Below are positions 39,584-50,800 of a DNA stretch of 64,000 bases, piece after piece. The translations under genes were made by a program, and so were the position numbers. Under the pieces are notes generated by a model. It had not been told where the DNA came from. It did no database searches and saw only the letters and a list, made by a program, of their open reading frames with translations. Each line of letters opens with the position of its first letter. Position 1 is the stretch's first letter. The stretch is from Lingula anatina (taxonomy: Eukaryota; Animalia; Brachiopoda): contig CM120641.1 in assembly GCA_051362555.1 (NCBI GenBank), positions 18,910,001 through 18,974,000 of the forward strand, given 5' to 3'.

Positions 39584-42500
39584 TTTATAGTTTAAAATCC
39601 ATATAAAATGTTCAGTAGACTTTACATAAGTGAAGAGAGGAAAAAAATTGATTGAGGTGGGTTTTGTGTACTGATTTTTTTCCATTCTGGCTAAGTGCTG
39701 TGTCTATCAAAGAATTTTTCAACTTGAATATGCTCCACAGTTTATTATCATGTAAAATATGATTTTTTATACTTAAAATGGAAGGGTTGAGTTGATTAAG
39801 TATTCGGTCAAAGCTTTTTTGATGTATCTATTGCAATTTTACACATCAGATTCATTTCCATTTTTAGCTGTTGTGAAAACCTAGCAAAGCATGAAACAAT
39901 GTTTTTTGTATTATACAAGATGTTTTTCCTGCCTTTATTTCAGCAACAAGAACAACAGAAGAACAAAATGGACTACTACATGAAAAAGGCTATCAAGTCA
40001 GCTGCAGACTTCAATGCACAATTCATGAAAGAGAGAAGAGAGGAGAGGAAGGCATATTTTGACCTTCAAACATTTGTAAGATTTAGTGAAGCACTTGCAT
40101 TACCCAAATTAAGTTCATCGCTTTGATTATGTATCAGAAATTAATAGAGACATTTACTAAATGGACACATGGTAATTCATTCAACTATAGCCTCATTCCT
40201 TATACCCCCTTTACACTGGACGGCGTCCTTTCTCAGACATGCTGAAACTGTCGGTCCGATCGGTCATGACTGGCAAAATTTGTCTGGACCGGTAAAATAT
40301 TGTACTATGTATTTACAAGAGTTACTTCTGTGTACTACTATGCAAACAAAACGTTTCCATTATTGAATGGACATTTTCGGTCCGGCAAAATTCCATTCGG
40401 TCCGGCAAAGTTTTCATCACTGCCGGTCCGAATGTCCGGCAGTTCTGAAAAGTTTTCAGCATGTCTGCTTTCTGCGACCATGAAATTTGGCATCGCTGTG
40501 GTCTAATTGATTTGGTATCAGAATGAATGCTCAAAGATCGGCCAGTTGTCGGCACGTAAAGTATTATAATTCTTTAACTCTCAAATGGGGCCTAACTGCT
40601 GGACACAGAAGGGACGCCGTCCAGTGTAAAGGGGGCTTTAATGAGGGTGGGGCACAGTAATATGATGTGCAAATCATTTAGTTAACTTAGATATGAATTT
40701 ACCATATGTAAACAGTAAAGAATTCTAAATTTAATATTGTTTGTATATCTTTGTAATATTACATTCCAGTCCGTCCATTATCCCAAAAACAAATTTAAAG
40801 TTTTGGATCCAAGCACAACTAAACCATCAGCATACCCGGTTGCACTAATCCCAGGACAGTTCCATGAATATTATAAACAGTTAGTTTATGGTTTTCAAAA
40901 CATCAAAATTTGTAGTGCATATGGATGGTAAAAAAAATATGAACTTTTTAACGGCAACCACTATCAAATGAAAAGTTTAAATATTTGTTTGATTTTATGT
41001 AGGAATTGAATCATGCAGTCTTTTTTAGTCAGTCTGTTTTATGTGCTTAGTGTTGCAGTTAATATAGTAAATACATTGCCAAATCTTTACTCATATAATG
41101 ATGTTTTATATTTTATGGTAAGTGTCCTTTTTAAAGTTGGAGATACATGATGACCTGTGGTTATTTATTATTTTCCTTACTTTCTTTTCTCTCAAATGCC
41201 CCTTTTGATTTTGCCCAAATTTGTGAATGACCTAATGTTATGTGTACTTGTAGGTATTCCGCAGAAGAGCTGAAGTATCTTCCTGTGAACACTGTGGTCT
41301 ATGGCCCCCCAAAGTGTGTTAAGGCAATGGGAGAGGGAGAGGAGGGCATAGCCTCTGACACTGAACAGAGTGATGCTGCCTCTGTAAGTTTTTAGGGTGT
41401 TTCCTACAACTTTTTCAGATTTATGATATAATAGAAAGTATGATATATTGGCATGAATGGAAAAGGGTATTGTCATCATTTTGGCACATTTTTTTTACAA
41501 AATTGTTTTTTATTTAGTCTTCATTATAATTGTTTGCTCCAGTCTGAGTCATGTTCTTGTTGACTTTTGTCCTTTTTAGGATGGGGGCTCTGGTTCTGGG
41601 TCCAGCAGCAGTGGAAGCAGCGACTCTGATGAAGTAGACAACAGCCAGGAGAAACATGAGGATGAGCTAAGAGTGAGATATTCTTCATACAATTTAATTA
41701 TGCTTGATATTAGAAAGTATATTTGTGTGTTCTCTGTGATGTAACCAATTGTGTGTGTTTTTTTATTCTTAGTTGTTGTGCCTTCTTTACAGCCTACACA
41801 AAAGGCTTGTCTTCTCTTTAGTTTCACATATTATTTTCTATTAGTTAGTCAGTTTTATATGACATTGTTGGCATTTCAGCCTCCAGATGGAGCCAAGTGT
41901 CATGTTTGTGATAGTGGTGCAGAAGCAAACAAATCTGGAAAGCCCGAAGACTTAGTGATGTGTGCAGAGTGCAAGCGATGTGGTAAGTTTTATTTGAGTA
42001 ATGGTTGGGATGATCTATGAGATTTATTCATATCATATTCTAGAAATTGAGTGAAGAGCATTGCAAAAGAGCCAGAATCCCCTATTCTGTGCGTTATGGA
42101 AATCAAATATGGCTTTTTTTTTCCGTTATAGAATATTTTGTCAAATCCATTGCAGATGCAATTATCATTCATGCTAACAGTCACGATTGAAGTAGTCCCA
42201 ATCCTTTATCCCGATTTAAGTGCATATGATTTTTAAACAGGTCACCCAAGTTGTCTGGACCTGACCGTTGAAATGGCTCCTATCATCAAGACCTACCCCT
42301 GGCAGTGCATGGAATGCAAGACTTGTGTGGAGTGCATGGATCCTTACGATGAAGTAAGCAGTTCAGGCATTCTTCATTGCTGAGGCCAATATAAAAAGAA
42401 ATTGGTTTAAGAAACATATTTAACGAAATATTTCAGGTCAGCTCGTGCTGGGAAATTGTTGAAAACCCAATAATCATTAATTTATTAAAAGTTGTAGTTT

Positions 42501-43331
42501 GCTAGCAAATGGTGGGATGTTTCTTTAAATCATAACCAAAAAATTTTATGTGAGAAAGCTCCTCAAAAGGAGGTGTGAATCTCTTTCAAATTAAATATTT
42601 TCAATGGAGTCTTAAATCATTTTTCCTAATACGAAACTTTTTTTTAGTTAAAAATGTGATTCTGTGAAATTGCTGGCTTGATGAGAAATTCAACAAAAGC
42701 GTTAGCTGAATAGTGCATTGTGAAGGACATAGAAGAAACAATTTCTCCCTCATTTTTGCAGGACAAGATGATGTTTTGTGACCACTGTGATAGAGGCTAT
42801 CACACCTTCTGTGTTGGTCTCCGTAGCATTCCTAATGGACGCTGGGAATGCCCTAGCTGTTACATACCGCCAGAGCCTGCCCCAAAGTAAGTGACTTGCT
42901 CATCACAAGATTTATTTCTTTACTTTTTAATTGTTGTGAGGAGGTATCACCAGTATTTTATCTCATTGTTTTACCAAGATTTTTTTTATAAAATTGGAAA
43001 ATTGGAACATCAAGTTAGTTCTACATTAACACTAAAGAAGATAAAAAATCTAGTATTCCATTTGAAGCACTTACTACCTGAATTTTCATATCCTCTAAGA
43101 TAACATTAAAAGTTGTAATATTGTTGTCATGCAGTATTGTTGTCGAATTGATTATGTATTTCCTTCTTTTTTATTGGTCAAATTTCATGTCATTGATCAA
43201 TATAATTATGTTTGGTGATGTTTTCAGTCAGTATTGTTTTATCAAAACTTTAAACCATGGCTATTTGATTGTGCTTAGTTTACATAATATCTTAAATCGT
43301 CTTATTTTTTAGGAGGAGTAGAAAAAGATAA
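36832..43331 (+). CDS. PHF10: PHD finger protein 10 (BAF45A/SAYP, PBAF subunit)
   Basis: Exons 36832-37748 (acidic N-terminus), 38060-38193 ([34 protein letters not shown]), 38618-38701, 39022-39089, 39448-39516, 39944-40075 ([26 protein letters not shown]), 40770-40879 ([15 protein letters not shown]), 41254-41383, 41580-41672, 41880-41982, 42241-42353 ([17 protein letters not shown]), 42762-42886 ([18 protein letters not shown]), 43313-43331. SAY domain plus double PHD finger. Confidence 0.93.
39541..39630 (-). repeat. (ATA)n microsatellite attached to a short dispersed repeat, resembling a retroelement 3' tail
   Basis: (ATA)n followed by ..aaaatccatataaaatgttcagtagactttaca, matching the same junction at ~59105-59190, 62600-62690 and 63475-63540. 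Confidence 0.55.
40203..40637. mobile_element. PIF/Harbinger-like MITE (TTA TSD) hosting a nested element
   Basis: TIR CCCCCTTTACACTGGACGGCGTCC / GGACGCCGTCCAGTGTAAAGGGGG; TTA on both flanks. Confidence 0.8.
40234..40467. mobile_element. Nested hAT-like MITE with 6-bp TSD
   Basis: TIR CAGACATGCTGAAA / TTTCAGCATGTCTG; CTTTCT is duplicated at 40228-40233 and 40468-40473; internal GGTCCG/CGGACC motifs. Confidence 0.85.
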
Positions 43332-43934
43332 TGGCGCCAGCTTGCTAGAAGAGAATATTTAAAATGAAACCATCACAGAATTCTGTTAGAATCCAAGAAT
43401 CCAGTTAGAACTCAATTTGCAGAACTGGATTTGTTTTCTTGGAAATATCTTCTTGAGTTCAGGATATGTAATAACTGAATGTGCTTTATATTGTTTCTTT
43501 ACATGCTAAAAATAAGATAAAACTGATCTATAGTTGACAGCACTCATAACTGTAAATGTATTTTGTTTTCATAAAAAATCTTTAAAATGACTTTCCACTT
43601 CTCTGCAGAGGTACTTTTTCAATTTTAATGAGGATCTCAAATTTTTGTATAATCAAGAAATATTATCAGATATAACTATTTATACCCTTGTAGGCATATT
43701 TGAAAAATATATTGTTTATTTTTCATTGGTTCTTGAGATGTACAGATTATTAATTCAATCGATTTTTCCAGATAGATAGCATGACAATACCAGTTTATGC
43801 GTTTATGGAGTTTAGGTGACAATACATGAAATTCATCTTAATGTCAGAAGTTTATTTTGTTAGAGAAAATGGAAGATTTAATATCTTTAAAATACTTATC
43901 TTTTAATTCATGCATATTTAAAAGGCTGTTTTAA

Positions 43935-45900
43935 AACAAGGCAGCAAAGCTGTCAAATGTACAGACAAAAAACAGGAAATAACTATGCACAAAATAGGCT
44001 ACTGTCAATTCTGATGCAAAAATACATTATGTTAAACTGCAAATTCAACATCATATTTTAATTATCCTCAACAGGTAATACCAATGTAATTAAAATATGT
44101 GACAAGTTTACACTTTGAAAATGTATAACTTCCAGAAAAAGAAGTCACTTAGACTGCTTTTCCAACTCAGACTGCATTTTAGTCCTGTATTTCTTTTTTG
44201 AAAGTTGGCAATCATAAGTAACATGGTTTTCCCATAATGGTCATCATGGCAGCAGCACCCAAAATTGTTTTCTTCTATTCTGATGCCATATTACATAATG
44301 GTTAACAGCATAATGACCGTCAATTTTTAATAATAAAATATACATATCATGGATTTTCAGAAAATGTGACTAGCATGGGTCTTCAAGCCCGTGGAACTTC
44401 AAAGTCACACCTTGAAAATGCCAATATGTGAAAAATTAAATTTTCACAAAATAACTGTTTAACTGGCAGTAAGAATTACCAAACAGACTGTATTTCCTAC
44501 TGAAGCTGTATTTTAGTACCATGTTTTTTTCCTTTAAGTTTGAGAACAGTAAATGACATGGTTTTTCTTAAATGATCATCATGGGAGCAGTGCCCAAAAT
44601 AGTTTTTTTTTTTCAAATTTTGATGCAATATTACATAATGTTTAACAGCATAATGACCATCAACTTTAATAATAAAATATTAGTATTATGGATATTCAGA
44701 AAATGTGACTAGCAAAGGTCTTCAGGCCCATGGAACTTCACAGTCACAACTTGAAAATGCCAAAATGTAAACGAGACAGCACTGTTCTGAAATGTTTTTT
44801 TTTTTTTCATTTTTAACAATTTTTAACATAAAACAAAATTAACAGTTTTCTGCCATTTTTATATGATCAACTAAGAAAATTGATGAGATGGGAAAAATAT
44901 CAACAGAGCAGTGTTAAATGTCCAATCTCTTCCATTCTGAGATTCTGAACATAGTGAATGATTGAATCTGACAAACTGCAATGATATGAGTTTATTTCCA
45001 TTTTTGAAACTTTATTACACAATACACAATAACAAGTTTACCATCATTTTTACATAATCAACTAATAATGTTGTAAAATTGCAGGAAATGCCAAACAAAC
45101 ACTTTTACGTATCTTATTAATTCAATAATGAAACTGTTTACATGCCTAAGAATTGAATCTGAGGAAATGTGAAAAAACTGCATTTCTTTAAGATAATGGC
45201 CCGATTATGCTCAACTCAACCTGCGTTTTAGCAGGAATGACCACTCCTGTGAGTTTAATGACAATTGGCCTATCTGTTTTTCTTATATTGTGTTTACAGT
45301 GTTGCATATATGCTGAAAAGTGAAAAAAAACCGCATAACTACTAAAATAGTGGCCCGATCATGCCGATTTTCGAACTTGACCTGCGTTATAGTAAGATCG
45401 ATTACTCCTGTGAGTTTCATGACAAAAAGCTTATCGGTTTTCCTTGAAATGTGTTTACAGTGTTGCATATATGCTGAAAAGTGAAACAAGACAGCACTGT
45501 TCTGAAATGTTTTTTTCCCATTTTTAACAATTTTTAACATATATCAAAATTCACAGTTTACTACCATTTTTATATAATCAACTAAAAAGTTGATGAGATA
45601 GGAAAAATATCAATAGAGCAGTGTTAAATGTCCAATTTCTTCCCAGAAGAATTTCATCAGCTGTGTTAAGTTATAAGAATGATGTGAATTTTTCTTCAGT
45701 CAACAGCTAATATGGAGGTAAAACCTATCTCAATATTAGCTGTTGACTGAAGAAAATTTCACATCATTCCAATTTCTTCCATTCTGAGATTCTGAACATA
45801 TGTAGTGAATGATTGAATCTGACAAACTGCAATGGTATGAGTTTATTTCAATTTTTGAACATATATTTCACAATACACATTAACAAGTTAACCATAATTA
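43935..45900 (-). repeat. Complex tandem-duplicated region, probably Helentron-derived
   Basis: ~340-bp duplication (about 44110-44420 and 44420-44770), a second duplication (about 44773-45050 and 45490-45895), and two ggcccgat..acctgcgtt..actcctgtgagttt units (45198-45480). The left boundary reads GACAGC-TTT-GCTGCC-TTGTT on the minus strand. Confidence 0.6.
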
Positions 45901-47833
45901 ATTTTTGTCTTTTTATTTAGACTCGGCTGTCGTACTAACTGCATTACAGACCCTGGGCATTTTGCTAATTGAAAATTGAAAGCTTTATAGTAGTCATATA
46001 TCTGTTTAAAATGAATAAGGGTAAGCAAGATGGCAATTTAGCTGTAGATAAATACTCACATAACTAATTGGTGAGGTCATTTTAGTGCATTTATTTTCTA
46101 AGATACCAAAATAAAGAAAGATGACACTATAACAAGTTAATATATTACTATTAGGCTGCATTCACATGCAAAATTTAAAAATCCATTGGTGGTATCTAGT
46201 GTTCACGGTCTGCGCCCTGTTTACTCTGTAGCGCAGTTAATTAGCAGCGTGAGCTAGTCATTTCCAAAGCTGTAATTAATTTGTGCTGCTAGTTATTTAT
46301 GCCATGGGGTATTCAGCAATAAAACAATAAAGTATAAAAATGTACAGCTTGAACATAATGAATAAATGACTCTTAGAATACAGAGCACATGACCAGTATG
46401 GAATGTGCTAGACCAGAACTGCATGTTTGCAACAAAACCAGGGGTACATATTAGCCATGGAAAATAACATTTTGTTCATTTCTAAGACAAATATTTTTTA
46501 CATATCTTTTTTACCTTCAATTTTATAAAACTAACTGTATTCACAAAATAAGAAACGATAGGAGAAACTCTGTTTTGCTATGCTCCATAAAATACAATTC
46601 AACTCATTCAATAGCCATACAGATTTCTTAAAAATTCTTTTTCTAAATTTTTTTTGCTACTAACATTTGAATAGTCAAAATGAATAAACTTGAATAATTT
46701 ACTCTAAATTGTCTTCTCTATCAGAGGTACAAAACTGTACATGACATTTTTTTTTTGTTCAAGTATACCGAGTGTTCTTGAGTGTGAAGAATGAACATTT
46801 GAACTTCACAAATAACACATCTCCAACAGTGTCAATTATATTATAACATTTATTGTTCTTTCTTCATACTATGAGTAAGAAGAGAAATCCTATGCTTGAG
46901 CCCAGTTTTGTTTCCATAAACCCCATGGAAAGAAGTTACAACTGAACATTAATCTTCTCCAAGTAGGTGGTATTTTCCTTTCTGAAATTAAGAAATATAT
47001 GTAACATGACATATTAATCACATGAAGATTTGTCACTGCTCAATTTGGTTAGTTTTTTTTTTAAATGTGTTTGGCACACTGAAATTGACTAGACAGCAAA
47101 GGTGGCAAAGTAGCAAGTGATCCAGTTTTAAGGGATATATAAGCCACTGAAAATGTCAATGTGTGAAAAAAATGATATAAAAATAATGACTGCTGTAAAT
47201 GTTAACTGATCATGCTGATTTTAAAAAGCAACCCGTTTCTTTACCAAACAAATATACTTCTTAAATTGATAGTGAAACAAGAATATGGTTTGGTAGGTAT
47301 GGGGCAAAGGACACCAGCCAAGTCTATCTCCTATTTTATTATGCCATGTTTTAAGTTAAAAGGGAAAGATGGTATTTCTTCTTGAACTATAACTGTCTTT
47401 AATGTGATGATTATGTTCTTGCTTTCGTCATTTATGTAAAATATGATATATAAATATATATTTAACAATATAATATGTAAAATTTTATAAAAGTAAAGAA
47501 GAGCACAATAATGTGTGAAAATGTATGAGTAAACGTGTAACTTAGAATTGAAATAAATAAATAACTCGGTAAACAAATATCATTTGTCAATTTCAAGTAT
47601 TATGAAGTTGAAGAAATGGGTGTGACATTATTTTTCCACATGTATAGGTAAAAGTAAATAATCTTTTTTTAAAGAAGGGGTAAATTCGTAAGGTTTTGTT
47701 AATGTTTTTTCTTTCTTTTTTGAAGTGTCATTCTCTGAAACTTCTGCACATGTGTTTAGCTGTATATGTGGTTGGAAGTACAGAGGTTAAATGAGATTTG
47801 GGAGCAATCTGTCTTATAATCTGTAATATAAAT

Positions 47834-50800
47834 TTAAAGACAATTTTTGGGAAAAGACAAACAGACTGGAAAGTGATCACCAAAATAAGTGGGCAAAACT
47901 ATAAGTTTAAGATCTGTATGATTAAAGTTTGTGAAGACGAGATCTAAGGCCGAGTCATAATTGGTAGTTGGAGTTGTGACATGTTGTCTAAACATAAGGT
48001 CTTGGCACATCATTTTTCTGAGAGCATTTGCATTGTTTTCATGGAGCCAGTTGACATTAAAGTCACCTATAATAACACATTTATCTGTCTTATCAATAGT
48101 GTCAAGAATATTTCTCAAAGCCTCAAGAAGAACCTGCATTTTACCATGAGGAGGTCGGTAAATTGTGATGACAACAAAGTCAGGAAACTGATCTAACCGT
48201 GTGACAGTAATCTCAATTCCAGAAAAATTGCAGTTTTTTGGAAAATTCTCTGCATATCTATGGTGACTGTAGATAGCAGTACCATGCTGTCTATGAAGAG
48301 TACTATCATTTCTGTGAAGATATTTATCTTTTAGCTGGTATTTTGTATTTAGGTCTTTAATTGCAAATCTGGTCTCTGTGAAAGCACATACATCTGCTTT
48401 CGCTACATCAAGATTCTTTCTGATATCATCAATGTATTTGTGAAGAGAACAGCAATTCCAATGGATTATTTTGAAGTGGTCATCTGGTTGTTCATATAGA
48501 AATGATATTGATTTAACAAGCTGTGCTTCTTGCCTTAAACGTTTCATTTCTTGTTTAACTTTATCAGAAATGCATATTTTACTGGCATTTAATTCCAAAA
48601 TATGCAACCCTTCTAATTTTTCTACACGACTAAGTGCAACATAATGCATGTGCTCATTTTTTCTGCCGCTGAGATCTACAACTAATTCTTTCAATGTGTC
48701 ACCTTGACATCTGTGTATAGTTTTTGCAGCAGACAACTGCAGTGGGAATTGTTTTCTTACGACTTGATACTGTCCTGTTTTTCCCAGGTGAAATTGTCTT
48801 TTAACAGGAAAGATAGGTGTCCATGTTTTTGAAATTTTGCTATTATATAGTGGTTTGTTCATTCTTCTGACATTTTTGCCAATGTCCTCTGCATCAAATT
48901 GTACCCATATTAATTGTCTGTCTAAATCTACCAGTTTCACAACATTTGGTGCACCATTAGTAATGCCATCTTCTGTGTCAACATTTAGGACAACTTCAGT
49001 TCTTTCCCCAACTGCAATATGCAGAATCCTTCGTAAATTCATGGTTTTTTTATGATCCAATGGAATTTGCTTTCTGATGTTGTTTTCTAAATGTTTTGGT
49101 ACAGGCCCAGTGATAGTGTCAGTGGCTGCAATTTGAAATTTTTCTCCTTTCGCATTTTGATAACTGGCATGATTGAAATTTTCTACCAGAGAATTTGTTT
49201 GGAAAACATGAAGTAATGGTTGTTGGCTAGTTTTTGATTGATCAAGTTGACGTTCACTTAGAACTTTTATGTCTTTGTCTGTGTGATGTCCTTCTCTAAG
49301 CCTATTTAAAATTTCTGCAAACTCTTTACTGTCTTTTTGACGCATGATCTCGGTCAGTTCATACATGTGAAAATGTTTCTGCCACAAATTAGTAGCTAAT
49401 GGATAATAGTCATTGTTTGGATTTTCAAATATCCAGTTATCAAACACAGGCTTCAGTTGAAATAGGTCACCTATAGCCACAATGCTAACACCTCCAAACA
49501 ATCTGTCATTGTTTTTTAGTTCTTTTAACCGTTCATTGATGAAACTTAACATTTTACTTCCAACCATTGAAACTTCATCAATAAAGAGAACTTTAAGTGA
49601 TCCAAGTTTGTATCTGAAACTGTTTAACACATCAGCACTGAGTCTTTTATATTTGAGACTCTGATTTGCAGGAATTTTCAGTAAACTGTGAATTGTGTGG
49701 CCACCAATATTATAAGCAGCTTTTCCTGTAGGAGCAACCAAAGCAACTCTAATTGTCCGGAAGTCTTCACCAGGTAAACTTGACAAGTACTTTAAAATAC
49801 CTTGATACAGAGCACGAGTGACAAATGATTTCCCCACACCAGCACCTCCAGACAGGAATATGTGAAATGGATCAGAATTGGATTTGATTAAATGTAAAAC
49901 ATGATGGAAAAACTCTAACTGTTGTCTGTTCATGTTTCTAATCATTTTATAGTAACTGATATCAGGTATTTCTTTATTAACAATTTCTTCTTCAGTGCAA
50001 CTTTTGGCAGATACATGTATACCCAAATCTTCTGCTAAGTCATAGGACAGACCAACAGAAGATTGTACCACATCACTAGGTTCACACTGATCAACTTCAT
50101 TTTGACACTCCGTATTTGGTGCAACAGTGGCCCACATATCTTCATCTTCACTATCCATGTTATTTAGATCTTCCATTGCTCTGTGCAATTCATCTTTAGC
50201 TGGAGAATACATTCTCTGTTGTTCCCAAATCTCATTTTCTAAATGTTGACATCTCTGTTCGTAACTTTCAAAATTTTGCAAAATGTCAGATTCTTCATTT
50301 CTCCATGGAATATACAACATCAATAGCTCACGGTAATGCTTTTCAGGATATAAACTCTCACTGAACCAAACACTGCGAATAATTTTTGCTTTTTTTCGTT
50401 TAATAATGTCTGTTTCACATGGAATATCATGAATATCATCCTCAAAATTTTCAAGGTCATGCTTTTCCAATGGCATACCATCTGTATCTAATAATCTAGA
50501 AGATCTTTTCTTGCTTCCGCCAATAATGTTCAAATTGTTGTCATAATATGCAGCAAAATCTGCAAGGGACACATTGTCCAAGGAAGGTAAGCGCCTGCTA
50601 TAACGTTTCAAAAGATTGCTGGACTCAATATTGTCAGATTCATCTTCTAATTCTTTTATTTCTTCCAGTGGCTTAAGTAATCGTACTCTGTCTTCAGGGG
50701 GTGTAGTGTTAATGAATACAAATGATCGAGAAGCTCTTCTCATGGGTAACTGTAAAGTGATGTAGGAAGCTTCTTGAGCAGAAATTTCAACATTATTAAG

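Noticed and set aside
46870-46981. Minus-strand exon-like segment as a gene fragment captured by the Helentron
   Set aside because: It has an acceptor and a donor, but all three frames contain stops; at most a non-coding exon.
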